From: Tubiluchus corallicola
Lineage: Eukaryota > Animalia > Priapulida
NCBI GenBank assembly: GCA_030141605.1
Contig: JAQGDQ010001005.1
Span: 1 to 64,000, forward strand
Direction: 5' to 3'
Length of the DNA: 64,000 bases
Translations under genes and position numbers: made by a program
Shown here: one piece after another, positions 51,571 to 64,000 of the stretch
Numbering within the stretch: the first letter of the stretch is position 1
Layout of the letters: each line of letters opens with the position of its first letter
Notes under the pieces: generated by a model
Told to the model about the DNA's origin: nothing
The model's input: only the letters and a program-made list of their open reading frames with translations
The model's database searches: none

Positions 51571-51810
51571 AGGGGATGGTGGCCACAGAGTGTTTTGGCT
51601 GCGAAAGTCGAGCAGTGTGCAAGCCAGGTTAGTATATGGATGGGCGATTGATTACCAGGACTGCATCTGCGATACCTGCCTGCTGCTACTTTCCTCACCG
51701 AGGAGGTATTTCCATCCACATCGTGGTAAAAGCACCTACATCAGTTCATTTTTCACCTTAGATGATTATCCTCGATAAAGGGCTAGATTCTGGTCCTGCC
51801 ATACCTATTC
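51571..51810 (+). mobile_element. Degenerate 5S rRNA-derived (SINE3-like) sequence
   Basis: gaaagtcgagca...gccaggttagtatatggatgggcga...taccagg resembles the 5S internal control region; its 3' part is repeated at about 51928-51985. Confidence 0.5.
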
Positions 51811-53631
51811 AATCTTAGTAGGAAGCCTCGCATTTTTCATTAAAAAAATTAAATGAAAAATGAATACAGACGTTCCTATTTTGAGTAGCTTGAAGGCGAT
51901 AGTTAAATGTTACATGGATAAAAGCTGTTTTTCATCTTAGATGATTATCCTTGATAAAGGGCAGATTCCGATCCTGCCATACCTATGCTGTTATACTCAT
52001 ATAGTACTTGGACTCTCGGTCAGTCACATATAAGACGAAAGATTTATTAGTCCCATCGCTGATTATTAATAATACAAAAATTTCTTTACACAGTAGACAA
52101 ATTTGCACTGCACGGCTTTACCATGGCGCAGACAGTAGCTTTACGGCGATAAGATAACTGTGCAAATATCATTCATTTGCTTTAGAAGTTCCTATTAAGT
52201 CTACCAGCAAAGCTGTATAGAGAAAGCAAAAAAAAACCATTCTCACACTAATTAGATTAACCGATAAGATGACATTACAAATTTCATTCTATTATTACCT
52301 GAATCAAATAAGCCTAGAGAAAATAAGGTTGCTAAAATCTAGCTGTCATGGTTCACAAATATTTTAGTGCTATATGAAGGCAACCAAACTAGGTAAAACT
52401 AGTAGTACTGCGTACTGCAGCATGGTATTATTTATGTGGAATTTAAATTGTAACTCATTTTAACTTGTTATTGCCACATGAAACTTTTCTCTATATACCC
52501 TACTAAAGCTCGAGTTCAAAACTCGAAATCCGAAATAAAATCAATCAGACCATGTGTATTGCCCACAGAAAAATACGACTTAAGAGAAGACAGGATGATT
52601 TTTCATATACTACCCCATTTTCAAGCCCAATAAAAAGGATACATTTTAACACAAATAATACTGCAAAAGCGTTTCTGATAATTAAATAATAGATTAAAAA
52701 CTTAATTAACAGCTGACTAGCCCGACTATTGATGACATCACAAACTAACATAATTTTCAACAGCAAAAATGTTCCATGAGCGTATTGCATGTGTTTGCGA
52801 AAGTGAAAATTGAAGTACAGTGCTGCTGTAAGATATTTAGTGTGTTGTACTAAAACTAGATAATCAAATTAGTTTGTCAACTTGTAATAATGACTACAGA
52901 TGATAAAAATGCTACTTATTACACTTTATAATCATGATCACAGTTTTTCTTAGTTCTCGCTCCATTTCATCTTTCATTCACTACTCCCCCCCACTTTTAT
53001 GTATATATTATCATTATTCATTATTTCAATTATTAATCATTTTTTGAAGATTTCCATGTACAGTTTGGCCTGTCAAGCTATGCTTTTAGGCTCAAACTGT
53101 ATGCATCAAAATTATTCTGTAATGTAATTTGCACATGTATATGCTGCATTTTGTAATTTCTCGATAATACTGCATTTATTCATATTTATATTTATATTTA
53201 CTTAAATGGATAATTATCTGCATTTTAATGATAATTGTAAGATGCAATGTGGAAATGAATAAACTCTTAAACTCTTGAAAATAATTTTTCCTTTTAGATG
53301 TACTTTGATCAATATAAAACACGAGAGAGAAAGTATAAAATAAAACAATTAACAGAGGTTTAACCAGAGAGATAACTATGGCAAAAACCTACATACAGGC
53401 TTTGCCCTGTCGACTTACGGTTATCTACCAACAATTTGTAGTACAAAAACATTTTTGCAAAGCGCAAAGCAACTTTAGCATTTGCAAACTAAAAAGCTAC
53501 AATAAATTGTAATTTTCATTTACGTTTAAAGATCTTCATGCCATTAGTAAGAGATAAAATATTATAGGTCAAAATGTAATAAATTAATATCAAATTAGCA
53601 CCTGTGTGTTAATTATACGTGTAAATTGTAT

Positions 53632-54484
53632 GGCACTGTATTAGAATCCAGGTCCCAGTCGATTTTCGCCGAGCGATCACCTATTCGATATGCTTGCTTG
53701 ACACATTATGACGTTTCACGCTAAACTCACGACTGCTCCTCAATACTTTGTGGACAGAATTCTGTGAAAATACACATTGTTATTTATTTAATAATTGGGA
53801 TAATGCTGAACATGACTTTGTTCAATGGAAATGTTAGTTTGTCTGACTGAATAAATAAATTGTTGGCTTAAATGATCTAAAATTACTTGATATATATAAT
53901 TAATTTAACTAAATTGTACGTTCAGTTCACCCCTCGACTAAAATTTAATGTAAACAACCCGCTGTACCAGACAACGTGCGAGGCTCAAAAAATTATCTGG
54001 GAGCATAACATTGAAAATCAGGTATGAGAGTTTAAAGATACATATAAAAACGCTATTATAGTATTAACATGACGGCTGCGTAAACTAAAATCTGACTGTG
54101 ATGCGCTTAGTTATTAATAATAATGCGGATGATAATGAAGATGACTGATAATTGTTGGTAAGTTTATTTCAACAAAAATCTGTATAAATACACTTCTCGA
54201 AAAAATACTTTACACTGCTTGCAGCAATTTAATTATTTATTCAGGTTAAAATACATTTTATACGATTATATGTATCAAAATCTAGGCCAAATATCAATTT
54301 TTTATTTTTTATAAAAATTATTGGACTTTTATATATTATTTCATTAACTTATTCCACCACTGGTGAAACTCAGGCGCTGATCAATCATCATATCGTAAGA
54401 GCAACGCGGTTCGTCATAATGCGCCATTGAAATAGGCAATTGCTCGACAAAAATCGAGCAGGACCTGGATTCTAATAGAGTGCC
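53632..54484. mobile_element. Non-autonomous element with ~50-bp TIRs
   Basis: ggcactgtattagaatccaggtcc / ggacctggattctaatagagtgcc. Confidence 0.75.
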
Positions 54485-54773
54485 AAATTATGCCAGCCGT
54501 TGATATGGTTAATCAAAAGTTTAACACAATACAAAACACGCAGAGTTCTGAAATTATTGGCACTGAGCCAAGAAATCGATTACACGTGAAACCAAGTTTA
54601 TATAAAATTTTTATACCTTTCACGTATTTTTTTAAAGTAACAGCACTAAGTAGCATAACAGACTGCAAAAAACTGGTCTCACAGCCGAATTTCTAGCATT
54701 TTCACTGAAATTAACGTAACCGGTGTAAAATAAACCTCCACCATGAGAAAACAGGCCTCTCCAATCTTCATAC

Positions 54774-54789
54774 CGCCACCAGATGGCGA
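54774..54789 (+). promoter_or_regulatory. CTCF-consensus-like site between the divergent ACSL and NHA genes
   Basis: gCCACCAGATGGCG matches CCASYAGRKGGCR; motif match only. Confidence 0.4.
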
Positions 54790-54874
54790 ATTATAAGGTC
54801 TTTTAAAGATCGATTCCGTTAAAAGATCTTTCATATTAACTGAATTGGAGACTTGAGGTTCTAATGTATATGAT

Positions 54875-55413
54875 CAGGTTGCATAAGATTATGGATATGT
54901 ATAAGATAAATAAAATAGCTTATTTTATTGATTTTTGAAATTTTTTTTTATGGATATCAATAAAATAAGAAATAGACTATATATGGAACGAGATGCCCAG
55001 GGGGAAATCAATTAAAAAGTAAAAACAGTAGTGCTTGAAACGTGTTTTTAAACACGCAGGACTTGGTTCTAATTTTATTAGTCCACAGAGAGTACGTCTC
55101 TGGTGGCTGGGTCTCTCTCAGTTATTTTCAGAGCGAACTCCAGCTCATGCTTTGGTTGAAACTTCGCCATCTTGATAACAAAACGACAATGAGAAAAAAC
55201 AATGTAAAATAGTAAATCCGGAAATGCGCTTTTGTTGGTTTGTTTTCTTTCTCTCCTAACGTTCGTTTTCAGTGTTGCCAATGCTTACAACTCGTTACTT
55301 TGTACAAAAAAATATTTTTTTATTTTATGCATTTCTTATTCATGGATTTTTCAAATTTTATTTTATGGATTTTTGGTCTTATTTTATGGATATCCATAAT
55401 CTCATGCACGCTG
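54875..55413. mobile_element. hAT-type MITE family G, between the ACSL and NHA start codons
   Basis: Same TIR; perfect 8-bp TSD tatatgat. Confidence 0.88.
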
Positions 55414-56304
55414 TATATGATGGCGAAGAGCTGTTGAAAAGTCACTGGAATAGCAGTGTATAGTTCTTTGCTGGATTACTGTTTTGTTTACCTGTCTTGA
55501 AGGCAGATTTCTTTTGTTTTAGAATTCTGGCTGCCAGGTGCCTCTTCACAACATAGGTAACGAGCATAATCATGTGATGATGATGTGATCAATTATAAAG
55601 TTTTTGTAAAACTAAAAGGTACTACTGCTAAAGGCTCCTTGAACAAGGTTAGATTAGACTTTAATTTATTCTGCTCATCAACTTATTGTATTTATGATTT
55701 CATATTATTTCAGTATTGCTTTATTTATTGATAGTATTTGGTACGGATGTACGATTATTAAAACGATAGTTCACTATGCACAGTTTAATATTAATTTTAT
55801 GGAGATGGTGTTGGGAAAAACAGTAACAATCACCTGGCAGCTTAGCAATAATATTAGTTTAATTTCTAACTTAATTTTTAACTCACGTAATTTTTAACTT
55901 AAAGTTTTACAGCTATTATAACTATAGTTTAGGTAATTTATTGTTTTAGCTCCATGCAAAAGGTCAGCCTTAAGTTGGCCAACATTGCAACAGGCGACAC
56001 AAATCCGATAGATTTTTTTGGGTCGACCTTGGTCCAATGTAAATTGACTAAGTGTTTGTATTAGCAATAAAGTTTCATGTAATATTGACTTCTTAGTGAT
56101 ACTAACTTCGATGTTGTTTGTAGGAATTGAATTTGTCATTAGACACAAGATGGCAGCATCTAAGTTTTGGCATTTATTTTCGACTGACAACACTTATATC
56201 ATTGTGGAGTGATGACAGCAAAGAATTGTATTGTCTAAATACTGTGCTAACTGTCAGAAACAGCAGCAGTTTTCAAGGAATTCGGGCAGAATCATAAAAC
56301 TGCA

Positions 56305-56899
56305 ATGAACGCAAAAGTTGCACATAACGATTCAGATGTGGATGATGCTGACGAGGCTCCATCAGCTTTGCCTCACATTCCGGAACGGTTAAGACATCGA
56401 ACATTGTCAGAGGGTTGCTATTCAGATCGTCCTCCACGCTTTCGAGGCCAGAGGTCAATGTCTCATGGCCATATTGGTAGACGACGGTTGTATAAGTCTC
56501 CGAGTGATATCATCAAGTACTGGTCAAGAACTTCTATCGCAAGTATTTCCAGCAGTGGGAATTATCCTCTAAGAAGCTGTCCGGGAAGTGAGAATCTACT
56601 TTACCCACGCACGTTTGCAGATCGTGTCTTCCGTCCTATACTAAGAAAACATTTCCTCGTACCGGAAGAACCGACAAATTGGGAAAAGATTAAAAATGTT
56701 TTTCTTTGCCCACCAGTTGATAGAGTCGCAAGGTCTCTGTCACTTGTGCTAATTGTGGTGCTAATGTGGGCGGTTGTTTGGTCTCTTTTTGGTGATGCTG
56801 CGTTACCTGGTGGATACTTCTTTGCTCTTATAGTTCTGATTATTTTGTCCATGGCAGCTGGTTGGGCCGTAAGTTTTCTACATTTGCCCCCATTGTTAG
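56305..56899 (+). CDS. SLC9B: NHA coding exon 1
   Basis: MNAKVAH...LHLPPLL G|gtaag. Confidence 0.88.
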
Positions 56900-59800
56900 G
56901 TAAGTTAGAACCGAGGTACACATTATAATTTTGATACACTTGTGCTCCTTGCAACCAGGAGTCAACTGCAAAAGCTACAAAGAAATTTTAGCAACAACCT
57001 AAATGTTCAGCGTTAAAATTTGTTTCATTTGTCAATAATATTGTCAAATAGGGGAACTCGACAGACAGGTCTACTTGTAAATAGATGCGATTTTACAAGC
57101 TTATATGGTTGCATGACCTGTAATAGAAGTAACAATCTTTTTACTACCTGTAACATTCAACAGCTGTCACTGCTAGTAAAACTTTAGCACAGATGAACAG
57201 AGAAATGGGTATAGAAGCATTAAGCGGTAAGCCTCAGTAGCAAAATTACCTATAAAACCCATCACACAGAATTATCCATGCATTATATGATAAAACTTAA
57301 CCTCGTAAAGTTGAAAGTGTAGTTTTTGCAGGAATGCTTATTATGGGAGTGCTCCTTCGGAACGTTCCTGGTATTGATATAGCAAAATACTTGGATAGAT
57401 CATTATCTGCTGTCTTAAGGTAATTACTTGATTCCTTATTAATTATGATATGGACTCACAATGTTTTTAGCAGTTTTTTTGTATTGATTTTTTTAAAGTT
57501 GATCGCTACTGTTTTCTTAGCTAGTATATATTATTTGATTTAAGTTTGCATCTATCACCTGATTATAAATTAATTTACAGGTGACATTGCACTGCTGAGA
57601 CAAATTTAAAATATTTAATGTAACTGATGTGCAAGATAGTGACTTATTTACATTCATATTTAAATACGTTATAAACACATTTCCAGTATGTCACATTTCC
57701 AATATTTCAGAAATGTAGCTCTTGTTGTCATTCTTATACGTGCTGGCTTGGGACTGGATCCTTCGGCCTTGAAGCGTCTAGCATTTGTGTGCGTGAGATT
57801 AGCTTTTATACCTTGCATATTTGAGTGCATAATTGTTGCTACGATGTCCCATATTTTGCTGGACTTTCCTTGGGACTGGGGATTTTTACTAGGGTAAGTG
57901 TGTGCCCTAATTTTGTGTAATAAGCTGGTATAATGCCACGGCTTGAGCTCGATGCACTAACTGTTAATTTCATAATCTTGCCAATTTTAATATCCTTGTC
58001 TGCATAATTTCTGTCTTTAATTTGTAAGTCTTTTTCACTCTTTTTCAGGTTTGTGTTGGCAGCTGTCTCACCTGCTGTGGTTGTATCTAGTCTGATTGGG
58101 ATTCAGGAAAGGGGCTTAGGAGTCATAAAGGGGATACCTACTTTAGTCATAGCAGCGGCTAGCATCGATGATGTGTTAGCTATCAGTGGTTTTAGCGTTG
58201 TACTCAGTATTACTTTTGCTACTGGTAAGAATGCAGCTGTAAGTTACGTGAATGTGAGGTAGTCAAGCTTTTGTGCAGACTTTTACTTGCTGTAAACAGA
58301 AAATACTAGTACAGTAGGTGCCACCTAATAGATTCATTTTCGGACAGAAGTGTTTGACCCAATTAACCGACCGAGTCAGTTAGCCGAAGTATTTAGTATA
58401 GTACTTCTATACAAGTTTGATTGGTTAAATAAAAAAAGAAAAAAATTGCATAAATCTGATTGAAAATTACCATATTTCATGCAAGGTTGATTGTTTCATT
58501 TCTTCATGAAGAAGTTTGTTTATGAAATTCTCATAGTGATGAAAATGTTGAAAATCTGTTACTGTATGCTCCATACATTCACACAAAACTCCTGTAGTCA
58601 CCTAGTGCTTGAGCTGCAGTTGGTGATGACCTTGTTTCCCCTGTGAAAAGCACCAGGAGATTGCAAACTGCTAGGCAAGTGATTAGCTTCCAGAAACAAC
58701 GAGGTTAACTACAGCAGACCAATTCAAATTCAAAGCAAAACCGCTACGCTTTAGAACATATTAACGCATATGATAAACGTACTGTGCCTGCTTACAAAGC
58801 AGCACTTGACATGATTGTTTCTATGTACATTATGGTGCACAAAGTCGATGTAAAGATGACGTAAAAGCAGTAAAAACTCTTTGGGCTCACTCAAGTGTCT
58901 TTTTTTAAGTACGTGAAGGAAAAATATTGAGTCAATTATGCGGAGTTATTTGAGTCAATTACCTACAGTTTTTATATACATTTGAATAGGAGCAGCCCAT
59001 TCCAGGTATTTTTGAATCAATTAAGAGATTAAGTCTATTAACTGTGAGTCTAATAAATGGCGCCTACTGTGTGTATCTTTGTTGATCTAACCACAAACCT
59101 TGAGGGACCTGAGAAAAAAGTACAGAAAACGGTAGAGTTGAAGTTAATAACTGTACGTTACAGATGAGCATTGTGTAACAGACTTATTACTCCACTGTTC
59201 CTAGTTGATTTCACTAATATTCTAGGTGGTTTGGTGTGGACAATTTTCAGAGGTCCGTTAGAAATGATAGTGGGAATTGCGTTTGGTTTGTTGGCTGGTT
59301 TTATTACTTGGTACCTTCCAGAAGCAACTGCAGTGAGTTATAATGTTTACTAGTCTTACGTAATAACCCTTGCAAGTAAGCGTTAAAGTTTAAAATAAAA
59401 GATGAAGACTGGAATTATGACTACCATAAATTACAATTTACAAGGATGCGATGAAATGCGTTGAACTCATACGAATGCTTAGAGCACAAGAAAACCCTCT
59501 GCTTACATAAACTGATTTTTGTTTATCAATAAATACTGGTTTTTTGCATACAGGTCTTGCATCACTGTATAAAACTTATAAATTTAAACTCTCGCAATGA
59601 CAGTTAGATGCAGCCATTTTGACGACAAGTCATTGGAAACACGTTTAGATAACAATGAGTAAAGTTTGAAAAAATAATCAGCGCATTGGTAGCGCACATG
59701 TCACTAACTGAGTAAAATTTTAAACTACCGTATCTTGTCAGCAAGATTAAAAATACGTTTTCTGGTTAGTGAGTGGTGCACCCTGGAGTGTGAGTCAGCG

Positions 59801-62800
59801 ACATTTTACCAATTGGTGAAAACATTTTAAATAATTAATAATTTTCTTTTCTAGTTACATAAGTCTTTCAAGCAGGTGAAGAAAATGTTAAGTAATATAA
59901 CTTTGCATGGAAATTTTTTAGGGACATAATTTAACATTTTTTTCTCCCCTGATTTACGTTGTGCATATGTGACGTCATGTAATTGCGCGGTCGGAACAGT
60001 ATTGCGGGAGATTTAAAATTAAAACAAAGAAAACATCGTTTCAATGCGAGTACGATATACGCATAAAATTTCTGTAAAGTAATATAATTTTTCAAGACGA
60101 TTTTTCTGAAACCTACTTCAGGTACCTCTTTTCTTATCCTTTAATTCAATTGCACTCATTACATGAATAAATCCGGATTAATATCAGATCAATGGGCTTT
60201 TTCAGCAAAGCAATGACTCTTGTGTTTCGAGATAATAGTTTACTAATTCCTTATCAGAATCTGACTGGAAGCACTAAACTACTTTTGCAGTGAATTTTGT
60301 AAACTTAATATAAAAATAAATTTGTTAAGCTTGTGTATTTGAAAGAAGTCTTTTGTGCGTTTTTTCTAGAAGTAAAACAAGGGTGTGCAAATTATCTGAC
60401 TAGCCGGGCCACATTAAACTTTCCCGCAATTCCTGCGGGCCACAGGCAGTTTGATCAAGGAGCCAAGTACAAAAAGGCCTAATAACGATTTTTTTGCATC
60501 CGACCTGCGTACATAATTACTACTACACTCAAGAAACTATTTTAGAAGTTATTAAAATTTATATTACAAACCATATATTTCTACTTTCGGGACAGATAGT
60601 GGTAATTTCATTACAATGCATATTAGTAATGTATATCACACAGTCTGTGTAGTACAGTGACATTAATGACCTTACAGTGTCTTGTAAGGGTTAATGGCAT
60701 CCAATCTAGTAGAAAAACTACCCGCACTATCTTTGGGATCGTGGCACGGACTTCAGCTGGATACACTCAATTAATCGCCTGGGCCGCACTTTCATTAAGT
60801 TGACAAATCTCTTCGCGGGCCGCACATAGTCTCTCGGTCGGCCACAAGTGGCCCGCGGGCCGCAATTTGCACACCCCTGCTATACACCACTCGACTTTGT
60901 GTTCGTGTTGCTAAATAAAACATGTCTTTATAACGTTGACTTGGATATAATTAATGTTGCATGGTTGTGGTAAATTCAACATAAATTATTGCAGGATACT
61001 GTAGTGCTGCAGAGGTTTGTGCTGCTTTTCGGAGGTGGCTTGTTTTCCGTGTTCGGCAGCAAAGCGGTGGAGTTTTCCGGAGCTGGAGCATTGGGATGCC
61101 TCACAATGACGTTTGTGTCAGCGTATAGCTGGAGAATAAATGGTTGGTCAGACGACAAGGTAATAGTTAAAAAAACTTAGAAGAAACATTGTTCAATAAG
61201 CTTTTTCACAGTTTTGTTGTGCGCACTGTAGGTCAAAGGTCAAGTGTACCACAGCAACACGTCTTAATTATAACTGTTGTGTGGCATGTGGGTAAAGCAA
61301 AGCTGTCTGATTCTTTAGCTCAGTAACGTCAGTTGTTTTACGTGGGCTTTACTTAATTATGCTTTAGTTTGTGCATAGAGTATTTAGTAGGAAGATATTG
61401 CTGGAGAACAAGAAAAATTGAACGAGGTAAGATTCTAGCTAGCTGTTAAAACTGTTACTATTACAACAGCATGGGCTGCGAGGCGCTGTCAAGTGTACAC
61501 AAATGCGTTGTCTGGTACACTTAACCTTTGACCTTTTCATGATCATCATCGATCGCTGGAACTGTGAAAAGGCTTATTATAATGCAAAATAAATTGCAGA
61601 AATGAATTGCTTGTACAAATCACAACTAATATTCGAATGTCAATATTGTAGCATCCATAGCATAGGTAACTACCCAGTCATATAATTGTCAGTTAAATAT
61701 ATTTTTAATTATTTTAATTATTGATTTTCTTTATCACATTCACTGTGTCAGCACTGATGTTCACTGTTAATGTTAATATTTTCTTTATGTTAACCGAATA
61801 AGAAGCTTTGCAAAACCAAATTCTTGCTAGTTGTGCAATACATGATGTTTATGAGTTCCTGTCAGCAAACTGTAGTAGATTTAAATGTCCATGAACACAG
61901 TGATTGCTGGTTTTGCCCAAAAAGCGAAACCACAATGGGCACCATGTTTTTATGCAAATTGTACAATCTGTTTTATGGCATTTCAATGGACATCATGTTG
62001 TATAATAGAAAATGTGCATTCAGTTGGCTAGCAATCTTTCTGTTTGCATAGCATTTAAAACTAGGACAAAATGTCTTCATGTATTTTTATTATTTTTATG
62101 GTTTTTTATCTCCGTAAGAAATTGAGATGAATATTTATGACCCGCATGAATCATGATTTTCAAATACAGCGGGTTAATTTAAAGATTTCTCGTTTTATCA
62201 TTTGTTAGTCAATGGTTGATTGTATTGTATTGCACACTAGGTTTTGTACTTAATTTACGTGTTACATGGTGATTGTGCCCGGATATGAAGAAACCCAATA
62301 TAGTTCCACATAACTACTGCGATACCACCACTTTCTATCTTCTGTAATCTGTGATGTCAATGTTTTCAGTACTTGTGGAATATGCATTATGCAAACATAC
62401 CACATAGTGTATCGTGGACTGTATTATTAATGTAATTACTATAATGTAATTGCTATTTCAGAATCCAGTAGCTGACATTATGACGGTACTATGGGTGGTC
62501 TTCCAGCCGACGTTGTTCGGTCTTATTGGTGCAGAAATTGATGTAACAGTAATCGAACTTCATACAATAGGCACGTAAATCGTATAGTTGTAATTTTCTG
62601 CCACAGTGCTGTAACTTTGGTTTTTTGTTTGTCATGATCTAGATTGTATTATTAAGTTGTTACTGCATTTTTATGTCATTTTTGTTTTTAACAGAAAGGA
62701 CTTGTAAAAGTCGAGTTAAAGTTGTTTTAAATATGTTCTCCAAGTGTGAAAAAGCATTGCAAGTTTGTTGCAGTATGAATAGATGAAATGAGTAATAGTT

Positions 62801-63114
62801 GCATGCACGTGGTTTTGTCGTCTTTGCTGAATGTTTGGCTGCCAGTCTCCCATCAATAGCCTTGTCAGCTATGTAACCACTAACCACAGTTAGCCAATCA
62901 GCTTACTTACCACCAAGCGAACTAGTTAATAAGTTGAAAATTCTTTTGTAAATTTTAATTAAAATTGTCTACTGCAGGGATGGGTACAGCTGTGCTATTC
63001 ATTGGCCTGATTGGTAGGGTGATTGCTTCTGTCGTTTCTGTGTCTTTTGGTGGACTAAATTGGAAAGAAAAACTTTTCCTGGCTTTTGCATGGCTTCCAA
63101 AAGCAACAGTACAG
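56305..63114 (+). CDS. SLC9B: Na+/H+ antiporter, NHA/SLC9B family (CPA2); 3'-partial; join(56305..56899,57332..57419,57711..57893,58049..58224,59226..59332,60995..61159,62462..62570,62978..63114)
   Basis: 520 codons, phase-compatible. Motifs LPPLLGML, RNVALVVILIRAGLGLDP, LAAVSPAVVV, GIPTLVIAAASIDDVLAI (di-Asp), FQPTLFGLIGAEI, KEKLFLAFAWLPKATVQ. No stop is reached, so the gene continues past the window. Confidence 0.94.
57332..57419 (+). CDS. SLC9B: NHA exon 2
   Basis: MLIMGVLLRNVPGIDIAKYLDRSLSAVL. Confidence 0.9.
57711..57893 (+). CDS. SLC9B: NHA exon 3
   Basis: NVALVVILIRAGLGLDP...PWDWGFLL. Confidence 0.93.
58049..58224 (+). CDS. SLC9B: NHA exon 4
   Basis: FVLAAVSPAVVV...SIDDVLAISGF. Confidence 0.94.
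58311..59069. mobile_element. Tigger/pogo-like remnant
   Basis: ta-cagtaggtgccacctaat ... ataaatggcgcctactg. Confidence 0.6.
59226..59332 (+). CDS. SLC9B: NHA exon 5
   Basis: GLVWTIFRGPLEMIVGIAFG...YLPEATA. Confidence 0.9.
60378..60879. mobile_element. hAT/Charlie-like MITE family B
   Basis: Near-identical to the copies at 24882 and 37120; no clear TSD. Confidence 0.85.
60995..61159 (+). CDS. SLC9B: NHA exon 6
   Basis: DTVVLQRFVLLFGGGLFSVFGS...GAGALGCL...WSDDK. Confidence 0.92.
61196..61577. mobile_element. TIR element family H
   Basis: aataagctttttcacag / ctgtgaaaaggcttatt; homologs at about 16826-17197 and an inverted fragment at about 4620-4786. Confidence 0.75.
62462..62570 (+). CDS. 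SLC9B: NHA exon 7 (probable GC donor)
   Basis: NPVADIMTVLWVVFQPTLFGLIGAEIDVTVIELHTI G|gcacgt. Confidence 0.85.
62978..63114 (+). CDS. SLC9B: NHA exon 8
   Basis: MGTAVLFIGLIGRV...WLPKATVQ|gtttgt. Confidence 0.92.
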
Positions 63115-64000
63115 GTTTGTATGAATTTAATAGAACTACAACTGAATCTGATTTCAGTCTACTTTAACACTTAAAAGATGCGCATTCAAAAATATGGATT
63201 TCTCTAACGGCTATGCAAAAATACACACTTTTTAAGTGTTTGTACATTTTTTGGAAATGCTCTAAATGTATAAACTTTATATCATGTTGCAGATTCTTTC
63301 TAGCCGTACAAATCCCATCATAGTGTATTGATATTGCTTGCTAGCTGTGTGCACAATTCCCTATATGGTATTCTAAATTGTAGGTAAAAAAATCAGATTT
63401 ACAAAAAACATAAACAAAATTCATGGAACCCAGCTTTGAAGTTTCAGCTAATTTCTCTGCTGCATTTAAACAACTAGTGTAGTAGCTAGTTGCAAAAATA
63501 AGAAAAGCAAAATACATTTTGTGGAATTTGGCTACCAGCTGTATTTTTTAGAGTAAACAAGAAATGGACATATTACAAAAAATTATACTACACCTCTATT
63601 AATTTTCTTTAAATACAGGATATCCTTTCACCTCGGTTGTTTGTGTGCCTCTAAACGTGAGGAAAGACCTGTTCCGTCAATTTTCTTGGCCGTCGGGTCT
63701 TTCCCAACGAGTTATTTCCTGCCTTTGATTTTATACCAGGCCTATTGATTAAACAATTATACGGTTAATGATGTGATAAGACAGATTTCCTATATACATA
63801 CTTGTACAATAAATCTACAGTACTCTTTCTTTAAGTACTTCGTATAGTTATTTATACAGAGCAAATATTAATTTGCCTACTTCAGAAATGAGTTTCCGAC
63901 ATGTGTAAAATCATTCTCTAGTTTGATACTATCATTTTGTAAACTTTTGGAAAGATTTAGGAAACACTTTCACTTTCTTTGTGTTTAACAGTAGATTCTC

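Noticed and set aside
56601-56954. Antisense or alternate-frame ORFs over NHA, ZP and ACSL exons
   Set aside because: Shadow ORFs of real coding exons.

Overview
AT-rich, intron-rich animal (invertebrate) genomic DNA, not prokaryotic. I reconstructed three spliced genes by hand from splice sites and codon phase. (1) + strand, 4863-15545: a cuticlin/Dusky-type ZP-domain membrane protein with a long Gly/Tyr/Arg-rich N-terminus; 5 coding exons found, signal-peptide exon not located. (2) - strand, 50262-21213: a complete 17-coding-exon, 683-aa long-chain fatty acyl-CoA synthetase (ACSL1/5/6 type). (3) + strand, 56305 to beyond 63114: an NHA/SLC9B Na+/H+ antiporter, divergent from ACSL, with 8 exons visible. 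Introns and intergenic DNA are packed with non-autonomous DNA transposons (hAT types with 8-bp TSDs, pogo/Tigger, mariner, piggyBac-like, foldback), LINE and SINE remnants and at least six minisatellites. Most ORFs in the supplied track are spurious. The best leads are splicing oddities (a duplicated acceptor that would give a premature stop in ACSL, an AG|GTAAG exon in the ZP gene, a likely GC-AG intron in NHA), a 72-bp hairpin satellite with higher-order structure, and the Gly/Tyr-rich ZP architecture. I found no convincing wholly new biological system.
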